Numbered from the whole stretch's first letter, positions 41,611 to 53,520 are shown. The stretch is 63,771 nucleotides of DNA, filler included, from Octopus bimaculoides (GCF_001194135.2; 10 parts of 10 records of this genome joined end to end with filler, not necessarily neighbours in it); one strand, 5' to 3'. Notes: generated by a model from the sequence alone, not told the origin. Program-made: numbers and translations.

Positions 41611-41906
41611 ACACATAGCCATCACTGGAACTATAGAAATTTGTAAAACATTCTAGAAATTTATCACTTAAGTATATATGAGCATGTCTAGACATGCAGT
41701 TATATGCATCAGAAAACATACATAAAACAAAACCTACAAATTTACACATATGCATACATACAAAAATACCCTATTGGTGTTGTTGAATTTCCAATGAAGG
41801 AGTCTTTGATCTAGGTTAGAAATTGGCTGTTTCTTTCATGGCAAGAAATCTTGAAATAAATCTAAATAATAATATATACATACATATATACCTACATACA
41901 TATATA

Positions 41907-43500
41907 CATCATTTAATGTCCATTTTCTATGCTAGCATGGATAGTTTGATGAGTTGGCAAACCAGAGGACTGTACCATGCTTTTCCTAATGCCAACCACT
42001 TTATAGAGTGTACTGGGTGCTTTTTGTGTGGCACCGGCATTGACATGGTCACCAATTAACTTGGAAGACAAAAACCCCTTGGCTGGGAGGGTGAACGGTA
42101 TTGAGGGAGCTGGCTTTATGTCAGTTGATGGGAGATTAAAAAAAGAATAATAGAGGAATAGGAATAGGTGTCTTGCTGTATAAGAATACCCCAGTTGGAA
42201 AAGAAAAGAGAGAGAAAGAGACGATGGTGGGGCTGTGTCAGGACATAACCTTGAGGTACAGTGGATGGGGGTGAGTATAGGTGAAATGATACAGAAGTTT
42301 AGACTAGGTGAATGGGTAGGGAGATAGAAGGGGGAAGTATCATAAGAATATGAGGGAGAGATAGTTTGACAGGGGATAAAGGTGACCTTAGTAAGTGATA
42401 GTGAGAGATATAGGAGTGGTTCCGGGAGGAGGGGCTATGGTAGATATGTGAGGGTAATGTGAGTGATTGCAAATAAGAGAGGTGTTAAGGATGACGTGTA
42501 GCAGAGGGGAGAAAACAGTGACTGAAGGTGCAGGAAGGAGGTGTTAGTTGAAACAGTGAGCAAGGAAGATAATGATAAATGGAGGTGGTTCTAAGGAAGG
42601 TAACCATGGGAGGGTGTGTCCTATGTGCCTATTCTATTCTTGGGTGATTATGGTTGCTAGCTAAATAATACCATATTGAGAAGTATTGAGTGTTAGAGAA
42701 TGAGATGTGGGAGAAATGCTTGATGGGGCAGAGAGAATGGAGATGGGGAAGAGCCATGCACATGCAAGCATTTACCAAGATGGTTTTAGGATATCAATTC
42801 TGCTGTTGTGGAGAGGTCTTCTTGAGCACAGAAAGACACTTGATATATCAGTCCTTTGTCATCTTGAGATCAGCTTTCAGTACTTCATCCCATGTCTTCT
42901 TCCACAAGTCCCATCCACTATAAGTCACTGACATTTCTTCATACATCTGTCTTCATTCATATGCATCACATAACCATACCAGCAAAGTCTTCTCTCTTGC
43001 ACACTACATCTAATTTCTCTTATCCCAAACTTTTCTCTCAATACATTAGCATTCTGTTGTACATGTACACTGACATTGGACATCCAATGGAATATACTAG
43101 CTTCATTTTTCTCTAGTATTCATGTGTCATCTACATTTAGGGCCCACATTCCATTACCATATAGCATTGCTGTTCATACACAAGCATCATTCAATCTTCT
43201 TTTTACTTGGAAAGAGAAACCTTTGGTGACAAACAAAGGTAAAAACTCTCTCTAAATTTTCTCCATCCTATTCTTATTCTAGCAATTACAATTTTGGAAC
43301 ATCTTCCTCCTCTGCTAATTAGGTAACATAGGTAACAGGAACTGTCTACTGCTTCTAGAGAAGCTTTCTCTGCTAGCCTTCCTGTGATTCCACTACACCT
43401 CTTGTATGTCCATAGCTTGTACTGGATACACTGAATGGAATTCCTACCTACATCTTTCTATATATGTAGTATTTCAGTTGACTTCCCTTAATGCCTCCAC
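41907..43500 (-). mobile_element. RTE-clade LINE, 5'-truncated and decayed
   Basis: Minus remnants EAVDSSCYL, RIRIGWRKFRE, DACV..MLYG..W; ends in a family-D tail at 41907-42060. Confidence 0.85.
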
Positions 43501-43503
43501 CTT

Positions 43504-44175
43504 TTGGAGGGTACAGAGTTCCACTTTAAACAAGGTGAAATATTTAAGATGAAATCAAATTTCACCTGTTGTACCTCGGAAAAATTAATTTATCCCATTA
43601 CCTGCTTAGGGTGCAGTAATCAATATATTGGCCAAACAAAGAACAGCTCTTCAAATGAAGAACTCCATCAAAGAACAACTCTACTCATAGAACAAATCTG
43701 CTACCCACAATACAGACAGATACAAGTCAGTGTACACATAGAATGGTGTGCCAGGAAACTTAATCCTAACTTCCTAATTATCCCTTTATATCAATGTTCA
43801 CAGAATACCTCAGTACAGCAAGGAATGAATAAAGAGGTAACTTTCATCAATAAATATCATCCACAACTCAACATGAACACATAACATAATACAGAACACT
43901 ACTAACCTTACCAATAATACCACTAACTCTCATACATCCCATACACCATTCATATTACAGTATTATATCTATCCTAACTGCATCACTTCTAAAACTGCTT
44001 ACCTCCATTGCATATAATCATTTTACTCAGAGATTACTAGACCCGACACCATTTGGAAATCGGTACTCATTAAAGTCAGTGAACTGCTTTTGACGATACC
44101 GGTATGACTTTGAATCTCTTTAACAACCTCAAAATAATGAATTTTATTCCATTTAATTCTACCTCAGTTCATCAC
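43504..44175 (+). mobile_element. Penelope-like element 3' end: GIY-YIG endonuclease plus pseudo-LTR
   Basis: FTCCTSEKLIYPITCLGCSNQYIGQT...H...KEVTFINKYHPQLN matches the PLE GIY-YIG pattern. Confidence 0.85.
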
Positions 44176-44276
44176 ATTGTATATATTTATCGTTACTTTT
44201 CATAAAAGAAGCTTTTATTTTTTTATATCCAATGTGCATTTTCGCTTTTTTCTTCTTAATTTCCTCATATATATAC

Positions 44277-44316
<40 letters not shown>

Positions 44317-44589
44317 TTACATATACATTCAATTTTGGGGATTAATCAATATGCGGGTATTCTATTTCTGATAATACAAAACATAACCTAATGAGTATAT
44401 CTGAAAGTAAACTAATGGTATCAGTTTGCACATTATGAAATACTACTTAAACACTTAACACATGTAGGTCCTTCATATTTAATAAATTTAAGTATTATTT
44501 AAGTATGAGATAATTAATGAAGTATAATATATACCCTGCAGGGAATTTTGGTTATATCCTTTAAGTATTATTTCGTGGTGTGTGTGTGT

Positions 44590-44980
44590 GTATAGAAAGT
44601 TGAAAAGGAACACATGAGCTGATATATATGGAAAAAATTCAAGGTAGAAAATGCTAAAATAACTTTATAAAAAACATTTCAGTACCGGTTTCAGTCATTG
44701 AGACTTTTTCAACTGTAAGTTTGGAAAACAATTTTATTTTGGAAAAATTAAAAGTAAAGTTTTTTAAAAGAATATTCGCATAGTATTCAAATACCAGGGG
44801 CATTTTCCTTGTTTCTGTCTGTTTCTGTCTCTCTTGTTTACTCTTGTGGGTTCGAGGTCGTTGTGAATTCTTGACAAGGAAGGAGGAGGGGGAGGAGGCT
44901 TGGATTTTTGTTATTGGCGCAAATGCTGATGTGTTGGCTGAATGCTATTTTTCTGTTTTGGGGAATTTTGATCTGGGATC
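44590..44980 (-). mobile_element. PLE pseudo-LTR-like fragment with degenerate hammerhead
   Basis: Minus strand CAG TTGAAAA AGTC TCAAT GACT GAAAC CGGTA CTG. Confidence 0.5.
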
Positions 44981-44981
44981 T

Positions 44982-45527
44982 ATGCATTGGTGTAACTTTC
45001 AATGCCAAAATTTGACACAATTCCTTCCAGGATCTTCAAGATATATATAACTGCATACCTCTCCCACCTTCGCTCCAGAGAGCGAAGGCAGGAGAGGTAT
45101 GTAATAATATACATCTGGAAGATCCTGGAAGGAATTGTGCTAAATTTTGGCATTGAAAGCTACACCAATGCCAGAACGGGTCGGCATTGCACAGTGCCAA
45201 AGATCTCAGCAATGCCATCATGCTTCAGGACCAGTTACTGCAACAGCCTGGATTTCAGGGGCCCACAGTTTTTAAATTATCTCCCAAAGAGCTTGAGGAA
45301 TCTGCACAAAGTAGATGTAGGTGTTTTTAAATCAAAGCTGGAGCTCTTCCTGTCAAGAGTCCCAGATGAACCTACCTCACAGCCAAAGGTGCAAATGAGG
45401 ATAGCTACATCAAACTCCATTCTTCACCAAGTGCCACATATTAGAGGAGGATCTCAGTAATAACAGTGTAGCAAAACGGTGGTGCTCCAGCATGGCGAGA
45501 GCTATAAGCTGAAACTATAAAAAAAAA
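44982..45527 (+). mobile_element. CR1-like LINE 3' fragment with inverted 5' segment (44982-45072)
   Basis: ORF 45002-45460 ERYVIIYIWKILEGIV...SNSILHQV; same 3' UTR as the 40517 copy; A-tail. Confidence 0.9.
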
Positions 45528-45543
45528 AATGTCTACATGTATG

Positions 45544-45600
<57 letters not shown>

Positions 45601-46607
45601 TTAGACAAAAGAACCAAAGTTCATGAACTAATCCATGAAAATCCACAGTCACATATAGAAAAATTAATAAGTAAATGCATGATAAATAAGTATAATAAAA
45701 TACAAAGTAAATATCATAAGATAATGATAATAAAACAACTACATGTGTTTCATAACCAAATTTTCAAATAGAAAATAAAAAATATTCAAATCAATTAAAA
45801 CGATCGAAAATCAATTCTGTTCAAAAATATAGCTGATCTTCAGGTCAAAATACAACAATAATAACAATAAAAGAATGTATATATCAACCAATAATAAATA
45901 ACAAATGAATGTATATAAAAATACTTATTATATTAAGATAGAAAAATATTATTAAAAATATCAAAAATTATAAACATGCCATAATTAACTTTACGTTTAT
46001 TATAATATAGACTAACAGAAATATTATATGCAAAACTAATAACGAATCTTTCGTTTAAAATACAATTTAAACAAAGTTTTAGGTTAAATTAATAAAGATA
46101 GAAGTAATACTTATCTCAACAATGCTATAGTTTAAACTAAAAATTTTAGACATTAAACTTAGAACTAAAACGTTTATTAGAAAGAAGTCGTATGAAGATA
46201 TTGCGTAAAGAAAAAGAATAGAATAAGGAGATATAAAAACATGAACGAAAGATTTATTTATAAAATCACGAATGAAAGATTTAAACTTTATATGACTTAC
46301 ATCATAATAAAACAATTAACTATATTTTAAACATTTTATAGAACGTTAAAGTTTAAGTAATTATATATTCTAAATAAGACTAAGAAACATAACTAATATA
46401 TATGAAATAAGCTAAAATACTATTATTAAGTTAATTAATTAAAATATTTGTATTATTAATTTTATAAAAACCATCGTGTCATTATAATATTAAATCCTTA
46501 AACTCACTAAAATATTAACGTACCAATAAATACACAATTAATAAATATAAATTATAACTACTACATTTAGTAAAGAAGGAATAGTATATACAAACACACA
46601 CACACAC

Positions 46608-46644
<37 letters not shown>

Positions 46645-46749
46645 CATATATATACTAACACATACAGACTAAAACACCCACACCCACACATATACATATA
46701 CATATATATATATATATAAATGTACATATACATACACATACATATACAC

Positions 46750-46780
<31 letters not shown>

Positions 46781-46977
46781 AATATATATATATATATATA
46801 AACACAGTTAGCTAAACTTATATAAATAAAGTAATTTATGTCTACATTTAATTTTTCGTTCATCAAAAGAATTAATCAAAGTATTATAATTATTAAATAA
46901 TGTAAGGCGAAATTATGGCATGAATTTTAGGTTTTATAAATCTAATATTTTTCTATCCTTCCTTAATAATTGCCCAC

Positions 46978-47226
46978 GGGCATATAACGTAGTGGTTAAG
47001 AGCGTGGGCTACTAACCCCAAGATTCCGAGTTCAATTCCAAGCAGCGACCTGAACAATAATAATAATAATGGTAATAATAGTAACATCAAGAAATACCTT
47101 AGGAATGAGAACCCAGGTTCAAAATTTCCCCAAGACACCTGAAGAAGGCTGGAGGGTGTATCAGCTGAAACGTTGTGCTAGCAACAAACAAGATGAGGAC
47201 AAGTATCCGTCGAATGTAAATCATAT
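46978..47226 (+). mobile_element. Family E short element: tRNA-like head, (AAT)n, PLE-type tail with hammerhead
   Basis: A-box TAACGTAGTGG, B-box GAGTTCAATTCC; hammerhead core at 47134-47179. Confidence 0.75.
47134..47179 (+). ncRNA. Minimal type I hammerhead ribozyme (putative)
   Basis: GACAC-CTGAAGA-A-GGCTG(loop)CAGCT-GAAA-CGTT-GTGCT; palindromic AACGTT stem III; one extra A before stem II. Confidence 0.6.
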
Positions 47227-47299
47227 AAATGAAGCCCATTGTGTGTATACATTATATGTATGTGCCCTCATCTTGATATGTGATGGTTGTAAATTAGCC

Positions 47300-47525
47300 T
47301 CACTACATCATACTCATGATGTTTTCATTTCCAGTCTTCCATGAAAACATGTTTGGCCATGGGAAAATATTACCTTGCTTGGAAACAAATGAGGGTTGGT
47401 GACAGGAAGAGCATCTGCCCACAGAAAAATATGCCTCAACAAATTCTATCCAATACATGCAAGCATGGAAAATTGGATGTTAAATCATAAGGATGACAGT
47501 GAGGATAAGAATGATGATGATGATG
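47300..47525 (+). mobile_element. RTE-type 3' tail, degenerate relative of family D
   Basis: GGTGACAGGAAGAGCATC...CATGCAAGCATGGAAAA..GGATGTTAAA + (GAT)n. Confidence 0.65.
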
Positions 47526-48398
47526 ACAATACTTATAGGCAATTAAACAGCAACTGTTATCATTGCATATTCACCACAATCAGCACTGACAGAGAAACAA
47601 AAGGATCTTTGACTTGAATAACAAAAAGAGCCATTGATATGAATGACAAAAAGAACCACTGATATAAATGACATAAACTTTGTTATGGTTAGTGTTTTTG
47701 ATAAACATATTGAGTAACGCTTCAATAGTATCTCCAGTATACATGAAGGCCATAGATATTGTTTGGGGAATGAAAACAGGTCAAAGATCTTGGAATTCTG
47801 TGATAAAGATGACCTAACAACTTTGCAATTAATTTGCAAATAACTTCAGGAAAGCTTCCAGCCACCTAATCACTAACCAGCCAGATAAACATGCAAGTCA
47901 AATAGACTTCATGTTTAGCAGGAAAAGGATGGGCAACGAGTGAATGCAAACTCCTACACAAGTGAGGAATGTATAATGCCCAAATTACTTCTCGTACTTT
48001 CCAGTTTCCAAAGCACCAAATCCTGAAACCTAAGGTAGCTGTAACACTAGGGGTGCCTGTACATATCTTGCAATTAAAATTGGTAGATGGAAATTGTATA
48101 GAAGCCCATCATATGTGTGCACATGTATAATGCTAGTACTGGATAACAGGTTCCCTTAAGGCTATATATAGGTTTTTAATAACATTACTGAACATCAGTT
48201 TCTGTTGACAAATCAATATGTGAAATGACACTATGCTTGTGTCATAGATTTAATGGTTTCTTGAGTAATTGTTTGTTGTCTTCGTTATTTCACTATCTCT
48301 GCTGTCGGTCCTTGTTTAAGAATGAAAAAAATTTGCACACTAACGTAAGAACTTTTGGACATTATTTTTACATCCATTTGTATAATGACTCATAAATA

Positions 48399-49140
48399 TA
48401 GAGTGTGTCGGTATTTTGAAGTCATTTGTAGGAATGAAGAAAAAGAAGTATAGCACATCAGAGAAAAACTTTAACTATATGGAAATTTGTACAAATAATT
48501 TTGAGAGTCCTTACAACACTTCTATTCAACAAATCCCTCATTAGTCTTAATGATGGCTTCAATTTAGGGTCTGAAGCATTGACATGCATGAATTAGATGG
48601 TCTTTATCATTTTTGGATATAGTCTTTGTTACAACAGACTTGAGAGATCGAATGGTGTTATGAGAGTGTTGATTGACCTTTCTTTCAACAATGCCTCATG
48701 TGTAATAGTCTAGTGGATTGAGGTTGGGTGAGCTAGGAGGCCATGTGTCTGGGGTAACATGATCATGGAAATTGGCATGCATCCAAGCTTGGGTTGTTTT
48801 AGCCTTATGAGATGGTGCAGAATCTTGGAGGTCTTCTGTTGCTTACACTGTCTATCCAGAGCCTCACAACCTTCTCCAATATATCTGTGTAGGCAGCAGC
48901 ATTGAGTCTTAAGCCCTGTGAAAAAAATTGGAGAGGCATGACATGATCCTTACTGCTAACAACTCCCAGAGCCATCACAGTTGCTGGAAACTTGGTATGC
49001 ATTACAACTGGAACCTCACTTGGATTTCTGCATAAACATCTGTCATTCCTTGGGCTTACTTTACATAACCATTTATCATTCTTTGGGTTTACCTTAAAAA
49101 TCATTGGATATATTAATCCCAGATTGCAGATTGTGGCATA
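48399..49140 (-). mobile_element. maT (DD37D-type) Tc1/mariner remnant
   Basis: TKFPATVMALGVVSS..HVMP..FF.QGLRLNA..Y and TWPPSSPNLNPLDY; TIR-like TATAGAGTGTGTCGG at 48399. Confidence 0.8.
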
Positions 49141-49273
49141 TTAGGTCACCGTAATTCATTCATCGAAAAAAAGAAAAACATTTCCTGATAATTCCGGTTT
49201 CTCCCCACCCCCATTTTTCCGAACAAAAATAAGGGGTTTGCAACACATCAAGCATCTGTAATGCATGCTGTTT

Positions 49274-49304
<31 letters not shown>

Positions 49305-49524
49305 NNNNNNNNNNNNNNNNNNNNNNNNNNNNNNNNNNNNNNNNNNNNTTAATTAATTAANNNNNNNNNNNNNNNNNNNNNNNNNNNNNNNNNNNNNNNN
49401 NNNNACAAAAACAAGGATATCACAGCCGTTTTATATGTAGAGATACCAAGTTGAAGTGATGCATTTTGAGAAGATATGAATAATAACAATAAATGGAGCA
49501 AAACGCATATAAATAAAAGTTCCT

Positions 49525-49619
49525 TTAATTCCTACACATGTTTCAAAATATATGTGTGATCTCTTCCAAAGAATTAAGAGTTGCTGGAATTCCACATATA
49601 TTCATCTTCAGGGAATCAA
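49525..49619 (-). ncRNA. Type I hammerhead ribozyme in a PLE pseudo-LTR (putative)
   Basis: Stem I TTGATTCC/GGAATTAA, CTGAAGA, 11-bp stem II, GAAA-C-ATGT-G-TA; U-U at the base of stem II. Confidence 0.6.
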
Positions 49620-49674
49620 CATATAAAAGCAAGACAAATGCGAAATGATGAGGTAACTTACGTGCTAAGATGTT

Positions 49675-49810
49675 ACATGGCCAAGTAAGTGACCGTTAGA
49701 AGTAAGAACGCTTGTTTACATAGAGATATAAAGAGAGTAATAATATTATTACATGGGCCAGTAAGTGACCGTCAGGAGTAAGAACGCTCGTTTACGTAGA
49801 GTTATAAAGG
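49675..49810 (+). repeat. Tandem duplication of a unit of about 70 bp
   Basis: ACATGG.CCAAGTAAGTGACCGT.AG.AGTAAGAACGCT.GTTTAC occurs twice. Confidence 0.8.
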
Positions 49811-49905
49811 GAGGGGGCTGTAAACGTAATGCTAAAGGTTTAAATTAAATTATTAAAATGTGGGGAGAAGGGCAAAATAGATCACAGTAAAGTGAACTAA
49901 AAATC

Positions 49906-49943
<38 letters not shown>

Positions 49944-51219
49944 CAAATTGGAGGTTTACATTTTCAACAATTGCTTCAGTAGAAATTTGTATTTAATTCC
50001 TGTATCTATAACAGATTAAAATCTCCAGACCCATCAAGTATTGTTAAAGGTATTTAACCATGACGTAGCTGGCTAATTGTAATTGTTGGAAATACGAATA
50101 TACAAACAAATGTGTGTGTTCAAGTGTTGTGAATCTACTGTGATACAAATTAAAAAGTGAAGAAAATATACTCTAATTTATGGTTTTAGCACAAAGTTAG
50201 CAGAGCGTAACGTAAGCTCTTCATTCAAAATAAGCTTAAGGGGTGCATTTATCACTCATCGTCACGTAGGGTAGACATTTTGGTCAGTTCAACGGAGATA
50301 TAGGCATTGTATATATTAAAAAATGTTGAATAGTAGACAGTTTATCAATACTTGAGTGTTCCTCCCGGTGCTGTTTATTTATTTATCCACCAAAGAATAA
50401 CTGCGAATGTAACTCCACAAAGGAGTTACATTAACTGAACCATCTAAATAAGCCAAGGTGTTGTAAACAACAGTTTCCACGCTACTAAATTATAAGTAAC
50501 ATTAGCTGTCAAAATGGGACATGCATTTAACACGTAACTGATTTAATAAAAACACTACTACTAATAGTAAAAATTTTGAATGGTACAACGATGCACTATA
50601 ATACAAAAAATGGGTGATATACCTGTTGTAATTTAGTTATCTATAGTCCGATGATATTTCGGAATACAATTCCTTCTTCAGATATATTTAGAGGAAGTCT
50701 ATAAAGCAGCGAGTCCATTTTTTGTACTATAGGGCATTGTTGTACCATTCAAAACTGTTTATTCTTTACAAACAATACACAGTGCTTCAAGCTAACTACA
50801 ATACTCTCCTACTACTAATAATGCTAATAAATACAAAACTGCCATGGACATCACGATAAATTGAGGAATCGTTGATGAAACATCAACGAAGATTAAAAGT
50901 AACGGAGCCGCTCTCTCTTTACCCATCATGTTGAGAATATTTTTAAAATACATTTGTTTATGACTGTCCAGTATATTTAATTAAATTCAATTAATATACA
51001 TGCGTAGTGTTGGTGGAATCTACAGGTTTATTCTTAAATCGAAGCCGAACACTGCTCACACATCAGTAATGTCGTCTATGCCATGATTTGTAACAACAGA
51101 TAAATCTGACTTTAAATTTTTATTGCAAATTTGAACAATAGTGTTATTGCTTACTGGTTTTACATTTAATAAACACTGCTTCAGATCGTAAGCCTAGCAT
51201 CCACAAATATGTTACACAG

Positions 51220-51384
51220 TGCGCATTGTTTGGAAGTTTAATAATTTTGTTACTTCATCACTTGGAAATAGTCAGATTGGTGAAGCTTATAGAACTGACG
51301 ACAACAGTGTTAGTGATATAAGTAGCTCTGTATATGATAATTATAACATTAATGAATTAGTAGTGGGGCGGGAAGGAAATGGAT
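51220..51384 (+). CDS. Candidate degenerate annexin repeat-IV exon (165 bp, phase 1 to 1)
   Basis: ttacacag|TG...GGA T|gtaagt; (V)RIVWKFNNFVTSSLGNSQIGEAYRTDDNSVSDISSSVYDNYNINELVVGREGNG; phase fits the 31942 donor; L15/S18/G21 and TDDN match repeat IV by eye. Confidence 0.5.
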
Positions 51385-51457
51385 GTAAGTCATTTGTTTA
51401 CGTAGTAACAAGGGTAGGAGACATCATTTCCTTTATTCTTTTATGTATCTCTTACAG

Positions 51458-51527
51458 AATGATGACTTAAGGCATCAGTATTACCGAGATCATTACCGAT
51501 TCTCTTGTTTAGCACGCATTTAATAAA
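51458..51527 (+). other. Candidate terminal exon with AATAAA (51522-51527)
   Basis: 73-nt intron GTAAGT...pyrimidine tract...TTACAG; splicing yields a T|AA stop. Confidence 0.45.
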
Positions 51528-51669
51528 TCAGTTGTTGATAATAGCTTTCGCTACATTACTATAGCCTTACCGCGACATCTGCAATGATATCACTGGCTTG
51601 ATTCGGCGAAAAATGTTTTACAGTAGCCATTCTCTAAATTTGTAACGATGGAACACTCTTATCTATATC

Positions 51670-51713
<44 letters not shown>

Positions 51714-51745
51714 CGGGTCTGTGTCGTACCTCACCACAGCTTGAC

Positions 51746-51785
<40 letters not shown>

Positions 51786-52312
51786 CAGACGACACAGACG
51801 CGAACACACACATATATATATGTGTGTGTTTATAAGGAGTTGCTATCCTGTCTGCCTTCAGTATTATCGTCTGCATGAATATATTACGAAGGTAGAGATG
51901 ACATTCTGTTTGTCTTTTCAATGCAACAATATTCCTCGAGAGCTTATGGGTTTTGTGATATTTGACAATGACGTGGATATAAATGCGAAAGTGATTTACA
52001 TTTATACGTTGGCGTAGATTGTTGAATAAATTTTCTGTCGTTGAACGGCTTCATTTTATTTTCAGTTTTTATCTGATTCAAGGCATCTAGGAGATAATAA
52101 GTTGTACACATGACAACGAGCAGATGTTCTATATATGCTATAAGTCTGTTACAAACGCAATTTGGGCCTGACAGTGAGATGATAACTGTAACGTCTTCAT
52201 GCCGTACATAGCAAATGCATCATGATTAGTTCCCGTACGGTTCGAAATATAAACAAAAGAATATTACTTTTGGCATAATATTCACCTACAAATATACTAC
52301 ATACATACCAAA

Positions 52313-52352
<40 letters not shown>

Positions 52353-52667
52353 NNNNNNNNNNNNNNNNNNNNNNNNNNNNNNNNNNNNNNNNNNNNNNNN
52401 NNNNNNNNNNNNNNNNNNNNNNNNNNNNNNNNNNNNNNNNNNNNNNNNNNNNNNNNNNNNNNNNNNNNNNNNNNNNNNNNNNNNNNNNNNNNNNNNNNNN
52501 NNNNNNNNNNNNNNNNNNNNNNNNNNNNNNNNNNNNNNNNNNNNNNNNNNNNNNNNNNNNNNNNNNNNNNNNNNNNNNNNNNNNNNNNNNNNNNNNNNNN
52601 NNNNNNNNNNNNNNNNNNNNNATATACATACCTACATACATACATGTGTATGTGTACGTGCATGCTT

Positions 52668-53140
52668 GAAGGTGCGTTGATTAAATGTTACGGCATTTGG
52701 CTCAAGATTGTAAGGTCTTCAGATCGATAGCCAACGGTGTGCTGTGTCCTCAGCCGGAAGGGACACAGTATTCATTTCTACTCTAGGCACAAGGCCCAAA
52801 ATTTTTGGGGAGGTTGCCAGTCGATTAGATCGAACCTGCTACGCAACTGGTACTTAATATTTTGACCCCGATAGCATGAAAAGCAAAGTTGACCTCGCCG
52901 GAATTTGAACTAAGAACACGAAGACAGATGAAATTATGGTAAGCATTTCACCCGGCGTGCTAACTTTTCTGCAAGCTCACGGCCTTGGATGGGGCACAGT
53001 ATTATTTCACGTTGCAGCAGTTCACTTGACTGGCAAAAATCAGAAGAACCTGTATTTCAAAGTGCCACTCTTGTTACATTCTGCTTCACGTTGAATCTGC
53101 CTGAGAACTACGTTAATATTACGCATACCTCAAAATATAC
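52668..53140 (+). mobile_element. SINE family C interrupted by an antisense family A SINE (52773-52986)
   Basis: 13-bp TSD with one mismatch: GGGACACAGTATT 52760-52772 and GGGGCACAGTATT 52991-53003. Confidence 0.8.
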
Positions 53141-53475
53141 AGCTCCATAGTAGTCGGTAAGACATTTGGAATCAAAGAGGAAAAATCCATAATAATAATG
53201 AAAAAATATGTGTATTTAGGTATACCTAAACATCGTATAAATTTACATATAAATTTACATGCGGACAAGTAGAGATATGTATACATACATATTTATTTGT
53301 GTGTGTGTGTTTGTGTGTGTGCGGGTGTATTTATATACACATGCTCACAGACACACATATACTTACATACACATATATTCATATATGTATATATACATAT
53401 ATGTATCAAGATATATGCATTCATGAATACATGCATGGTGGTTCTCTGTGTATGTGCATGTTTGTATGTAAGTAC

Positions 53476-53520
<45 letters not shown>

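Noticed and set aside
45960-46560. Extremely AT-rich stretch suggestive of a mitochondrial control-region insertion
   Set aside because: No recognisable mitochondrial gene or tRNA; composition alone is insufficient
46978-47050. tRNA gene with an ACT anticodon
   Set aside because: Poor acceptor and T stems, non-standard anticodon, followed by (AAT)n and repeated at 30439; it is a SINE head
50645-50690. Hammerhead-like CTGAAGA-A-GGAAT/ATTCC-GAAA on the minus strand
   Set aside because: Core and stem II present, but I could not form stem I and stem III around a cleavage triplet
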